The notes under the pieces: generated by a model
The model's database searches: none
What the model saw: the letters and a program-made list of their open reading frames with translations, nothing else
Told to the model about the DNA's origin: nothing
DNA from: a virus
Reading direction: 5' to 3' (one strand)
IMG/VR virus record: IMGVR_UViG_3300005980_000002
DNA: 41,474 bases
Translations under genes and position numbers: made by a program
In this document: piece after piece, positions 6,926 to 15,985 of the stretch
Position numbering within the stretch: the stretch's first letter is position 1
How the letters are laid out: every line of letters starts with the position of its first letter

Positions 6926-8184
6926 GCCAGGCGCTGTCGGACAAGCAGATCGGTTCGGTCATTGAGTCCGAGGACCGGAAAATCACCTTGTGGGTCGGTG
7001 CTGTTTCGGCCGGTAAGACCATCGCCTCACTCTTCGCGTTCCTGTTCGCCGTCCGCCAGGCGAAGGGCACTGGCCTGATCGTCATCATGGGCAAGACCTT
7101 GCAGACGATCGAGCGGAACATCATCGCCCCACTGCAGGACCCTCGACTGTTCGGCACTTTGGCCGGGTTCGTGGACCATACCCGCGGCTCCAACGTCGCG
7201 GTGATCCTCGGTAAGGAAGTCGAGCTCGTCGGCGCGAACAACGTCATCGCTGAAGAGAAGATCCGCGGATCAACCATTGAGCTGGGCTACGTCGATGAGG
7301 CGACGCTTTTGCCCGAAGGGTTCTGGGCCATGTTGGTGTCGCGTCTGCGCACACCGAACCCGCCCCGGCTCTTGGCGACCACTAACCCCGGTAGCACCCG
7401 GCACTGGCTTCGCCTTGAGTGGATCCTCAAGGCCGCCGAGAAGAACATGCAGGTCTTCCACTTCGTCATGGACGACAACCCGTCGTTGACGGCTGAGTAT
7501 GTCGCGGACATGAAGGCCTCCTACACGGGGGTCTTCTACGACCGGATGATCAAAGGGTTGTGGACGAACGCTGAGGGCGCCGTCTACGACATGTGGGACC
7601 CCACCAAGCATGTGGTCCAGTGGGAGCGGCTCCCGCCGATCCGCCGGGCCCTCGCTGTCGCCGTGGACTTCGGCACCCAGCACGCCACCTCCGCGGTGCT
7701 CCTGGGCCTCGGCTACGACCGGCGCCTCTACCTCATGGACGAACTCCGCATCGACGTCGCCGTGAACCAGATCCGTCAAGCCCCCTCACAGCAGGCGAAA
7801 ACGATCAAGGACTGGATCCGGGCACCCCACCACCCCGAACAACTGAACCTCGTCCCCGAGTGGGTGATCGTGGACTCCGCAGCCGCTGACTTCCGTGAGG
7901 AACTCCGCCTCGCCGGCGTGTACTCCCAGGGCGCACGGAAGGACGTCACCTACGGCATCGGCACGATCTCGTCCCTCCTCGCCCAAGGGCACCTGCTCAT
8001 CAGTGACCGGTGCACGGGCGTGTTGAACGAGATCACCGACTACGTGTGGGACACGAAAGCGACTGAGCGTGGTGAGGACGCCCCGGTGAAACGGGACGAC
8101 GACTCGCTCGATGCGATGCGGTACGCGATTGTCACCACGGAATCCCAATGGCGGTCCGAACTAGGACCCAACATCACCTTCTGA
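6922..8184 (+). CDS. terL: terminase large subunit
   Basis: ORF track 420 aa. Walker A GAVSAGKT, an acidic Walker B-like motif (YVDEA), and a C-terminal nuclease-like region. Synteny with terS and portal. Confidence 0.9.
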   Translation: MSQALSDKQIGSVIESEDRKITLWVGAVSAGKTIASLFAFLFAVRQAKGTGLIVIMGKTLQTIERNIIAPLQDPRLFGTLAGFVDHTRGSNVAVILGKEVELVGANNVIAEEKIRGSTIELGYVDEATLLPEGFWAMLVSRLRTPNPPRLLATTNPGSTRHWLRLEWILKAAEKNMQVFHFVMDDNPSLTAEYVADMKASYTGVFYDRMIKGLWTNAEGAVYDMWDPTKHVVQWERLPPIRRALAVAVDFGTQHATSAVLLGLGYDRRLYLMDELRIDVAVNQIRQAPSQQAKTIKDWIRAPHHPEQLNLVPEWVIVDSAAADFREELRLAGVYSQGARKDVTYGIGTISSLLAQGHLLISDRCTGVLNEITDYVWDTKATERGEDAPVKRDDDSLDAMRYAIVTTESQWRSELGPNITF

Positions 8185-8197
8185 GAGGGCGTGCCCG

Positions 8198-9838
8198 ATG
8201 GCTTTGCCACAGACCACCCAAGCATGGCCGCCCGCCCAGGTGGTGCGGACCCTGCCGATGATGGGTGTGTGGTCCGCTTGGTACGCCGGCGACTCCGACC
8301 AGCTCTCCACCGTGTATGGTGGCGCGTCCGGGTCTGACCCGACCGCGACGGGGTTCTTCGCGTCCGATCATGGCGGGTTCCGTGCCACAGTGGGTCGTGC
8401 ACTGACCCGCTGGTTCTGGGGTGAGGCGTCCCGCGGCCCGGACCGGCGCGTGAAGCTCCACGTCCCGATCGCCGCCGAACTCTGCCAAGCCAGCGCGGAC
8501 CTGCTCTTCGCGGACCAGATCACCCTCAAGGCCGAGGATGAGAAAACCCAGGCCCGCCTTGACGAACTCTGCGACGACGGCCTCCACACCGAGCTCGCGC
8601 AGGCCGCCGAAGTCGCCGCAGCCCTCGGTGGCGTGTACCTGCGGGTCACCTGGGATGACACGGTCTCCCCTGACGCCCCGTTCCTCACCCACGTCGACGC
8701 CGATCAGGCGATCCCCGAATTCACGTGGGGCCGGCTGACGGCGGTGACGTTCTGGCAGGTCATCGCCCGGGACGGCAAACGCGTGTACCGGCACCTTGAA
8801 CGACACGAAACGGATGCCACGGGCACGGGCATCATCCTCCACGGCTTGTACGAGGGCGAAGAGGACAAACTCGGCCACCCCATCCCCCTCACCGAGCAGC
8901 CCGCCACCGCGGGCCTCGCGAACCATGTGGACGCGTTCGGGCTGATCTCCTCCGAGACCCCGGGCCTGTGCGTGTTCTACGTCCCCAACCAGTCCCCGAA
9001 CCGGCGCTGGCGTACCGACCCGAACGGCCGCAACCTGGGCCGCTCCGACCTTGACGGGGTCGAGCAGCTCATGGACGCCCTCGACGAGGTTTACACCTCG
9101 TGGATGCGCGACGTGCGCCTGGGGAAGTCGCGGATCATGATCGCGAAGTCCCTCCTCGACAACGTCGGCACCGGCAACGGGCAGGCGTTCAACGCGGAGC
9201 AGGAAGCCTACGCCTCCATGAACATGCTCGCCGGCGCCGATTCGAAGCTGTCGGACCAGATCGAACAGGTCCAGTTCAAGATCCGCGTCCAGGAGCACAA
9301 GGACACGGCCGCCCAGTTGGTGCAAGACATCCTGCAGCTCGCCGGGTATTCGTCGGAGACGTTCGGGATTTACGACGGCGGCGGCCCCATCAAGACCGCG
9401 ACCGAAGTCGAGTCCAAGCAGCAACGCTCGCTCCTGACCCGGGATCGGAAGATCCGGATCTGGCGGCCGGCGATTGCCCGGTTTGCGGAGAAGCTCCTCG
9501 CCGTCGATCAGGCCCTGTTCAGTTCGCAGGTGACACCGCAGGAGCCGGACGTGCTGTTCACCGACGGGGTGCAGGAATCGCCCCTGTCGATCGCGCAGAC
9601 CGTCCAAGCGCTCAGGGCGGCGGAGGCCGCGTCGGACAAGGTCATCGTCGGCATGGTCCACCCGGACTGGGACGAAGACGACGTCGACGAGGAAGTCGCG
9701 CTGATTCAGGCGGAACGCGCAACCAACCAGGGCCCGGCCTTACCGGATCCGATGTTCGAGCACCCCGGAGACGGGGCACCTGAGGGGAGCCTGAATGGTG
9801 CAGCCCCAGGAGACGGAGTCGCTGCCGTCGACGGTTGA
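8198..9838 (+). CDS. portal protein
   Basis: ORF track 546 aa; size and position directly after terL, with an acidic C-terminus. Confidence 0.85.
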   Translation: MALPQTTQAWPPAQVVRTLPMMGVWSAWYAGDSDQLSTVYGGASGSDPTATGFFASDHGGFRATVGRALTRWFWGEASRGPDRRVKLHVPIAAELCQASADLLFADQITLKAEDEKTQARLDELCDDGLHTELAQAAEVAAALGGVYLRVTWDDTVSPDAPFLTHVDADQAIPEFTWGRLTAVTFWQVIARDGKRVYRHLERHETDATGTGIILHGLYEGEEDKLGHPIPLTEQPATAGLANHVDAFGLISSETPGLCVFYVPNQSPNRRWRTDPNGRNLGRSDLDGVEQLMDALDEVYTSWMRDVRLGKSRIMIAKSLLDNVGTGNGQAFNAEQEAYASMNMLAGADSKLSDQIEQVQFKIRVQEHKDTAAQLVQDILQLAGYSSETFGIYDGGGPIKTATEVESKQQRSLLTRDRKIRIWRPAIARFAEKLLAVDQALFSSQVTPQEPDVLFTDGVQESPLSIAQTVQALRAAEAASDKVIVGMVHPDWDEDDVDEEVALIQAERATNQGPALPDPMFEHPGDGAPEGSLNGAAPGDGVAAVDG

Positions 9839-10964
9839 CCGGCTCGCCGCGGCGGTGACGGTGGTGTTCGCCGCCGCTGAGGCCCGGCTGGTTACCGGCT
9901 CGGCGGTGTTGGTGCGGGCGGCTATCGCTTCCCCTGCCCGCGCCGTCGCGCTCCGCACCGACCTGACCCGGCTATCCCGGTCGGTGGCGGCGGATGTGAC
10001 CGCGAAGGTCCACACCCTCGCGGCGCGGGTCGCTGACACTGCGGCACGCAACGGCAACGTCACCGCCGCCCGTGAAGTCCGGGCATTGGAGCGCCGGGTC
10101 GCCGGGTTCACCGCCTCGCCGATGGCGGACATCCTCCCCCACGATGTGACGGCGTCCCGGTTCATCGCCGAGGACCTCGCCCAACGTCTTGGCGCGGCCG
10201 CTGCACGGATCACCCGGTTCGGGGACGACGCGTACCGGGCCGCGACCGTCAACGGTGCGCTCGTGCAGATCAACCCGTCCCTGGACATCATCCACAACAC
10301 GATGGCGAAGGCGACACCGGCGGAGGCGCAGGCGCAGGCGTGGCGGGAACTCACCTCCCGCGGCGTGACGGGTTTCACCGACGTGAACGGGCGTCAGTGG
10401 AACCTCTCCACCTACGTCGAAATGGCGGTCCGGACCGCCACGCAGCGGGCTTACAACGCATCCCACCGGGACCGCCTCACCCTCGCCGGGATCCACTACT
10501 TCACCATCTCCACGACGGGCCGGCCCTGCCTGCTGTGTGCCCCCTGGGAAGGCCGCGTCCTCGCCGACCGTGGCGCGGGCCCGGCCACCGAACCGGACGC
10601 CTCCACCGGGGAGCCGGTGACGTTCGACGTCGCCGCGACCATCGAAGAAGCCACCGCGGCGGGCCTGTTCCATCCGAACTGCAAACACACCCTCACCGCG
10701 TACCTGCCCGGCGTGACATTGCTGGTCCCGAACCAGTGGACGGCCGCCGACGAGGGTAAGTACCGGGACACGCAGTGCCTCCGCGCCCTTGAACGCGAGG
10801 TCCGCAAACATCGGCAGGTCGTCGCTGCGGCGATCACCGACACCCAACGCGCCCAAGCAGCACGGGCGCTCCGGACCGCGCAGGCGAACGTCCGCGCCCA
10901 CACCCAAGCTACGGGCCTGCTCCGCCGCACACGACGCGAACAAACCGACCTCGGCAACAAATAA
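9795..10964 (+). CDS. MuF-like head morphogenesis / minor capsid protein
   Basis: ORF track 389 aa. Contains the HPNCKHT motif typical of Mu F / SPP1 gp7-like proteins; follows the portal. Confidence 0.8.
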   Translation: MVQPQETESLPSTVDRLAAAVTVVFAAAEARLVTGSAVLVRAAIASPARAVALRTDLTRLSRSVAADVTAKVHTLAARVADTAARNGNVTAAREVRALERRVAGFTASPMADILPHDVTASRFIAEDLAQRLGAAAARITRFGDDAYRAATVNGALVQINPSLDIIHNTMAKATPAEAQAQAWRELTSRGVTGFTDVNGRQWNLSTYVEMAVRTATQRAYNASHRDRLTLAGIHYFTISTTGRPCLLCAPWEGRVLADRGAGPATEPDASTGEPVTFDVAATIEEATAAGLFHPNCKHTLTAYLPGVTLLVPNQWTAADEGKYRDTQCLRALEREVRKHRQVVAAAITDTQRAQAARALRTAQANVRAHTQATGLLRRTRREQTDLGNK

Positions 10965-10975
10965 AGGAGAACCCC

Positions 10976-11224
10976 ATGACGCGAGAAATCCCCGCCGGAT
11001 ATGAACCGGCCGAGAACAGCCACGCCAAGAACCATGCCATGGACGCGCTGGAGAAGGAACTCGAAAAGCAAGGCATCGACCCGTACCCCGATATCGATGA
11101 TGACGAGGACGGCGGGATTGATCTGATCAACCTCGCGGACGCTGTCGTGGAGGCACTCATCAAGGCTGGCGTCACCATTCCGGAGAACATCAGCAATCCC
11201 CACAGCATCAAGCGCTCGGCCTAA
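10976..11224 (+). CDS. hypothetical acidic protein
   Basis: ORF track 82 aa, with AGGAGA upstream. Confidence 0.6.
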   Translation: MTREIPAGYEPAENSHAKNHAMDALEKELEKQGIDPYPDIDDDEDGGIDLINLADAVVEALIKAGVTIPENISNPHSIKRSA

Positions 11225-11226
11225 CC

Positions 11227-11703
11227 ATGCTGACGGGTCAGGTCGGGCTCCGCCGGTACTCCACCGGCTGGATCGGCAAGGCCATCGAATGGGCCACCCG
11301 ATCCCACACCCACCACGTCATCATCGCCGTCTCCGAGACCGAGTGCATCAGCGCCGAACCGGGCGGCGTCCGGTACCGGTCCATCAGCGACTACCCCACC
11401 GTCGACTGGTCCCGCTTCGGCCTCACCACCACCCAGCAGGACATGATCCGGGACGCCGCCGCCGAGTTCATCGGCCGGCCCTACAACTACGCGATCTACC
11501 CGCCCCTCCTGTGGGAGCGGCTGACCGGCCGGAAGGTCGACGGGTGGGTCGCGAAATGGCTGTCCCAACGCCCCAATGAGAACTGCTCGCAGCTCTCCGA
11601 CGACATTTACACCCTCGCCGGGTTCCACCTGTTCCCGAACATCCCGGAACTGGTCACCCCAGGCGACTTCGAGCGGCTGTTCCAGCGGCTCGGCTGGCTC
11701 TAA
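11227..11703 (+). CDS. permuted papain-like (NlpC/P60 superfamily, YiiX/YaeF C92-like) amidase
   Basis: ORF track 158 aa. His-before-Cys order: ...ATRSHTHHVIIAV...AEPGGV...GRPYNY...NENCSQLSDDIY. Confidence 0.65.
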   Translation: MLTGQVGLRRYSTGWIGKAIEWATRSHTHHVIIAVSETECISAEPGGVRYRSISDYPTVDWSRFGLTTTQQDMIRDAAAEFIGRPYNYAIYPPLLWERLTGRKVDGWVAKWLSQRPNENCSQLSDDIYTLAGFHLFPNIPELVTPGDFERLFQRLGWL

Positions 11704-11915
11704 CCACTCCAGAGGGAAAGTGTGCGGGGCTTTTGTGCAGGTGCCCCGTGAACTGCTTTACCCGCGCCTGACCGGTACCAATCCGGGCGGTTCAAATCCC
11801 TATGCCGCGAAGCGTTCCCGGCGCCGTGATCATCGGCTCCAGCAACTACTCAAGCGGCGTCAGTCATAACCCCGATTTTATCACCACTCTCACAACCGTC
11901 CCGGGAGGACACCAC

Positions 11916-12578
11916 ATGAGTACCGAAGCAGCAACCACCACCGAAGCCGGCGCAGCAACGCAGGAAGCCCAGCAGACGAGCACCGAGGCCACTACAGGCT
12001 CCCAGTCCACCGAGGCTGGGCAGGCAACCACCGAGGCGTCCAAGGCCGTCTGGGATGACCCCGCCGCGGCCCGCGCCGAGATCGAGAAGCTCCGCAAGCA
12101 GAACGGCGACGAACGGGTCAACGCCAAGAAGCAGGCCGCCGAAGAGGCCCGCAACGAGCTCCTCCAGAAGCTCGGCCTCACCAAAGACGGCGAACCCGCC
12201 CCCGACCCGGCGAAGGTCGCCGCCGACCTCGCCGCCGAACGCGAAGCACGCGCCGCGACCGCCCGCGAACTCGCGATCTTCAAAGCCGCCTCCGCGGCCG
12301 GAGCTGACCCGGCGAAACTGCTGGACTCCAACTCCTTCCTCACTTCCGTCAAGGGGCTGGACCCCGCCGACGGGGACGCCATCGCCGCAGCCATCACCGC
12401 GGCCGTGTCGGCGAACGCATCACTCAAAGCAGCCCGGGCGGCTGGCGCGAGCGGCATCGAGCAGACCGGCGGGACCGGCGAGCAAGGCCAAATCACTGAG
12501 CAGCAGCTCAAAACCATGTCCCCCGAGCAGATCGTCGCAGCCCAGGAAAAGGGCCTGCTGCGGAACCTCCTCGGATAA
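11916..12578 (+). CDS. scaffolding protein
   Basis: Internal ATG of ORF 11802..12578, with GGAGGA upstream. Ala/Glu/Lys-rich and coiled-coil-like; lies immediately upstream of the major capsid gene. Confidence 0.7.
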   Translation: MSTEAATTTEAGAATQEAQQTSTEATTGSQSTEAGQATTEASKAVWDDPAAARAEIEKLRKQNGDERVNAKKQAAEEARNELLQKLGLTKDGEPAPDPAKVAADLAAEREARAATARELAIFKAASAAGADPAKLLDSNSFLTSVKGLDPADGDAIAAAITAAVSANASLKAARAAGASGIEQTGGTGEQGQITEQQLKTMSPEQIVAAQEKGLLRNLLG

Positions 12579-12594
12579 CTGAAAGGCATCATCC

Positions 12595-13443
12595 GTGAGC
12601 ATCATCAACTTCCGCCCGGAGATTTGGTCCGCCAACCTCCTGGTAGCCACCCGCAAGGCCCTCGTCTACGGCGACTGCGTCAACCGCGACTACGAGGGTG
12701 AGATCAGCGCCGCCGGCGACACGGTCCGCATCACCTCCGTGGGCCGCCCGACGATCTCCACCTACGTGCCGAACCAGACCACGATCAACCCGGAGCAGGT
12801 CAACGACTCGCAGCGGACCCTCGTCGTGGATCAGTCGAAGTTCTTCGCGTTCGCCGTGGACGACGTCGACGCCCGGCAGGCGAAGGGCAACGTCATCCCC
12901 CAGTCAATGTCCGAAGCCGCGTACGGTTTCGCCGACGTCATCGACCAGTACGTGGCGAACACCATGTACACGGGCATCCAGACCACGAACCAGGTCGGTT
13001 CGATCGCTGTGGCCGCGAACACCCCGTCGGACTTCTACGACAAGGTTCTCGTGCCGCTGAAGATCAAGCTCGACCTCGCGAACGTCCCCACCGAGGGCCG
13101 CTGGATCAACGTCCGCCCCGAAGCGCACGGCGCCCTGCTCCGCGACTCCCGCTTCGTGAAGGTCAACGAGTCCGGCACCTCCGAAGCGCTCCGCAACGGT
13201 ATGGTCGGCCGCGCCGCCGGCTTCGACATCCGCCTCACGAACAACGCCCCGAACACCACCGGGTCCGAGTACGTGACGATCGCCGGCACCAACGCGGCGT
13301 ACACGTTCGCGGAGCAGATCAACAAGGTCGAGGCTTACCGTCCGCAGAACAGCTTCTCCGACGCCGTGAAGGGCCTCGTCCTCTACGGCGGCAAGCTGGT
13401 CCGCCCCGATTTCCTCGCGTCCGCCCTCGTCACCATCTCCTAA
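12595..13443 (+). CDS. major capsid protein
   Basis: ORF track 282 aa. N-terminal ...FRPEIWSANLL... is typical of P22-coat-like/HK97-fold capsid proteins; follows the scaffold. Confidence 0.8.
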   Translation: MSIINFRPEIWSANLLVATRKALVYGDCVNRDYEGEISAAGDTVRITSVGRPTISTYVPNQTTINPEQVNDSQRTLVVDQSKFFAFAVDDVDARQAKGNVIPQSMSEAAYGFADVIDQYVANTMYTGIQTTNQVGSIAVAANTPSDFYDKVLVPLKIKLDLANVPTEGRWINVRPEAHGALLRDSRFVKVNESGTSEALRNGMVGRAAGFDIRLTNNAPNTTGSEYVTIAGTNAAYTFAEQINKVEAYRPQNSFSDAVKGLVLYGGKLVRPDFLASALVTIS

Positions 13444-13455
13444 GGAGCCTGAACC

Positions 13456-13818
13456 ATGGCACGTACCCTCGTACCTGTTACCGACCTGACGGCCGCGGTG
13501 TCCACCGCGGACCCGGCAGGCACCACCGCCGACCCAACCAACGGGCACACCATCACCGGGGCCCGCCCCGAGGTGCTGGTCCTGCGGGTCAAGAACACCA
13601 CCGCCGGGGCCCTGAACGCGATCCTCCGCGCCGGTACCTTCCCGCTCGCGGAATCCTCTGGGCAGGGCGACCTGACCGTGTCCGTGGGCGCCGGCGCGAC
13701 CGTGTTCATCGGCCCGGTCGAGTCCGCCCGCTTCCTGCAGAACGACGGCTCCGTGAGCCTGGACCTGCAGGCCGGGTTCACCGGCACCGTCACCGCGCTC
13801 CGGACGAACCGCCGATGA
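13456..13818 (+). CDS. hypothetical virion-module protein
   Basis: ORF track 120 aa, with GGAG upstream. Confidence 0.65.
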   Translation: MARTLVPVTDLTAAVSTADPAGTTADPTNGHTITGARPEVLVLRVKNTTAGALNAILRAGTFPLAESSGQGDLTVSVGAGATVFIGPVESARFLQNDGSVSLDLQAGFTGTVTALRTNRR

Positions 13819-14177
13819 GCGCCGCCGAGGAGAAGGCAACCGTCCACATCCTCGGCGAGGGAGGCGGCGTGTTCGAACTGTCCCTGCCCCTGCACGAGAG
13901 TGTCGCGGACCGTCTGGCGAAGGGTCACCTCCGCCGTGTCCGCCCGGACGGGTCCCCGTACGTGGAGGGCGAACGCCCCGAGGGTGTCCCGTCGCTGCCG
14001 GAGTCCCGTCCCGCCCTGAACGCCGTGAAGGCCGAATGGGTGGGCTGGGCTGTGGTGCAGGGACTGTCCCCGGACGAGGCTGAGGCGCTGACGAAGGCGG
14101 ATCTGATCGAGCGCTTCGGCGCCGGCCCAACGCCTGGGGATGATCCGGTCGAGACGCCAGGAGAGTCAACAGAGTAA
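13815..14177 (+). CDS. hypothetical protein with a C-terminal HeH/SAP-like segment
   Basis: ORF track 120 aa with an ATGA overlap; contains ...LSPDEAEALTKADLIERF... Confidence 0.65.
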   Translation: MSAAEEKATVHILGEGGGVFELSLPLHESVADRLAKGHLRRVRPDGSPYVEGERPEGVPSLPESRPALNAVKAEWVGWAVVQGLSPDEAEALTKADLIERFGAGPTPGDDPVETPGESTE

Positions 14178-14184
14178 GATGTGC

Positions 14185-14267
14185 CTAGTTAGGGACCCGT
14201 CAAGGATTGCCTGCGGTGCTGTCACCGCGCTCCTTGAGTGGATCGGCCCTTGAGGGTCCCTAACTAG
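14185..14267. repeat. Long inverted repeat (about 20-bp stem with one bulge) enclosing a second 6-bp hairpin; probable bidirectional terminator
   Basis: 14185-14205 (CTAGTTAGGGACCCgTCAAGG) pairs with 14248-14267 (CCTTGAGGGTCCCTAACTAG). Inner hairpin: GCGGTG-CTGT-CACCGC (14213-14228). Confidence 0.85.
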
Positions 14268-14374
14268 CCGCTTTGCCGAATACAGGTGGGGCCTACGGGA
14301 ACAACGTCAGGCTTATACGACAGAACTTGGAATAATTGCGCCCACCTTTTTCGCGCCCCTAAAGCTGTGGCACG

Positions 14375-14423
14375 GTTCTAGTTGGAAGCGCTTCTACTAG
14401 AACGAAGCATCGAATGTTCTAGT
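14375..14423. promoter_or_regulatory. Three copies of GTTCTAGT (two direct, one inverted); the first two form an imperfect 29-bp palindrome
   Basis: GTTCTAGT at 14375-14382 and 14416-14423, and ACTAGAAC at 14396-14403. The centre of the palindrome is GAAGCGCTTC. Confidence 0.4.
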
Positions 14424-14456
14424 GAACTGGGACGGGATCACGCCCTGCCTCTGCAC

Positions 14457-14810
14457 TCACGAACGGACCTGCTCCCACGCTACATCGCGACCGGCTTTTG
14501 CTTCTTCCAGCCTCTCCTTCGGGGTTTTGGGGATGTCGTCCACTGTCGTGAAATCGACTGATCTGAACAGATCGTCAACGGATACGCCAAGGATCTGTGC
14601 AAGTGCGAGAAGTTCGGCGGCCCTGAAGGACCTGTTGCCAGATTCCATCATGTACATGACTTGGCGAGCCACCTGGCGCTTGTTCAGGACCTGAGCGAAC
14701 CGAGCGCCTAATTGGGTCGCGCTCATGCCGATTGCATTGCGGTAAAGCTTGACGTTGGCACCTATGGTGCGTTCAACCAACTCTGTGTCAATAATCATAG
14801 GACTAATCAT
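14457..14810 (-). CDS. XRE/Cro-C1-type helix-turn-helix transcriptional regulator
   Basis: ORF track 117 aa. HTH core ...IGMSATQLGARFAQVLNKRQVARQVMYMMESGNRSF.... Third codon positions are visibly AT-richer than in flanking genes. One of only two minus-strand genes (with 20605-20913) in the 4.7-27.2 kb virion/lysis block. Confidence 0.85.
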   Translation of the reverse strand: MISPMIIDTELVERTIGANVKLYRNAIGMSATQLGARFAQVLNKRQVARQVMYMMESGNRSFRAAELLALAQILGVSVDDLFRSVDFTTVDDIPKTPKERLEEAKAGRDVAWEQVRS

Positions 14811-14835
14811 ATAGGAACTTCCCTAGTGTTCCTAT
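14811..14835. promoter_or_regulatory. Palindrome ATAGGAAC-N9-GTTCCTAT abutting the XRE start codon; candidate operator
   Basis: Arms at 14811-14818 and 14828-14835. Contains GGAACTTCC (14814-14822). Confidence 0.45.
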
Positions 14836-14866
14836 GGATTCCTACCCAACTTTTGAGGAGGCCCGC

Positions 14867-15319
14867 ATGGCTGGCTTGTTCGGCAATTTCGTCATCCCTG
14901 ACGCCCTCGCCGCCCCCGCGGACCTCGCCGCCTGGACATCCACGACCGCCCCGACGAACGCCGCCGCCCTGCTGCGGGAAGCTACGTCCATGGTCCTGTC
15001 CGCGACGAAGGGCGCCTACTACGCGGTCGACCCGGCCACGGGCCTCGCAACCGACCCCGTCGTGTTGAAGGCGCTGCAGGACGCGACGTGCATCCAGGCC
15101 GCGGCGTGGGCGGCCCTCGGCATCGACCCGAACCTCGGCGGGGTTATCACCGCCACTGTGGCGTCCCAGAAGTCCATTGGATCCGCGCACATCACCCTCG
15201 CCGACGCCGCGCAAGCCGCAACGGCGAAGGAGCGCGCACTGAATGGCCTGGTTCCCGCCGCGCAGCGCAAACTCGCGCAGAACAACCTCCTCGCCTCCAA
15301 CGTCTGGATCTACGGGTGA
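14867..15319 (+). CDS. head-to-tail adaptor/connector protein
   Basis: Internal ATG of ORF 14834..15319, with GAGGAGG upstream. Size and position are right for a gp6-like adaptor. Confidence 0.65.
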   Translation: MAGLFGNFVIPDALAAPADLAAWTSTTAPTNAAALLREATSMVLSATKGAYYAVDPATGLATDPVVLKALQDATCIQAAAWAALGIDPNLGGVITATVASQKSIGSAHITLADAAQAATAKERALNGLVPAAQRKLAQNNLLASNVWIYG

Positions 15320-15633
15320 CCGGCATCGAGAGTTTCTTCGTCCACACCGTGACCGTGGAAACCTTCCAGGGCACTGGCGCGGCGGGTGACGTGTACGCCG
15401 CACCCGCGACGGTTCCGGGATTCCTGGAGGGGAAGCTGCAGCTCGTCCGTGACGCGGCAGGGCAACAGGTTGTCGCCGCCTCCACCCTGTACTGCAGCGT
15501 GGCCGACGGGGCCCGGTTCACCCCGGACTCCAAAGTCACCACCGGAGGGCGCGTGTCGCACGTCATCAGCCAGAACGTCAACGACGCCCCCGGGCTCGGC
15601 CTCCCCGAACACGCCGCCATCTACCTGAAGTAG
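15316..15633 (+). CDS. head closure / head-to-tail stopper-like protein
   Basis: GTG 15316 in a GTGA overlap, in frame with ORF 15088..15633; call rests on synteny. Confidence 0.55.
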   Translation: MTGIESFFVHTVTVETFQGTGAAGDVYAAPATVPGFLEGKLQLVRDAAGQQVVAASTLYCSVADGARFTPDSKVTTGGRVSHVISQNVNDAPGLGLPEHAAIYLK

Positions 15634-15639
15634 GCAATC

Positions 15640-15978
15640 ATGGGTGAGACGTTCAGCATCCACCTCGACGAGATCACCACCGCCGTCATAGAGGCGATCC
15701 CCGCCGCGAGCTTCAAAGCCATGGAGCATCTCCGCGGCGTGGCCGTGGACCGGACGCCGCTGGAGTCCGGTGACCTGCGGGCAAGCGCGGCCGTGGCGAA
15801 CACCACCGACCGCAAAGGCGCTGTGGTGAACTACGCCGGACCCTACGCCCGGTATCAGCATTACGAGCTGCTCCGCCACGAAGTCGGGCAGCGGCTCTAC
15901 CTCGAATCAGCGGTCCTCTCCGAAGCCCCGAAAGTCATTGAGATCCTCGCCACGGAGCTCCGGAAAGTCATAGAGTAG
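15640..15978 (+). CDS. HK97 gp10-like neck/tail completion protein
   Basis: ORF track 112 aa; contains ...DRTPLESGDLRASA..., typical of the gp10 family. Confidence 0.65.
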   Translation: MGETFSIHLDEITTAVIEAIPAASFKAMEHLRGVAVDRTPLESGDLRASAAVANTTDRKGAVVNYAGPYARYQHYELLRHEVGQRLYLESAVLSEAPKVIEILATELRKVIE

Positions 15979-15985
15979 GGGCCAC

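Noticed and set aside
8174-9661. 495-aa minus-strand ORF
   Set aside because: Lies entirely antisense to the portal gene. Arg/Gly/Pro/Leu-rich low-complexity translation is typical of off-strand ORFs in high-GC DNA, and the plus-strand gene has the motif and synteny support.
11789-11799. GGTTCAAATCC, a tRNA T-loop-like string in the amidase-scaffold gap
   Set aside because: The flanking bases do not form a T stem (GGCGG versus CCCTA), and no acceptor or anticodon arms can be drawn.
12904-14169. 421-aa minus-strand ORF
   Set aside because: Antisense to the major capsid gene and the two following genes. Pro/Arg/Gly-rich artefact.
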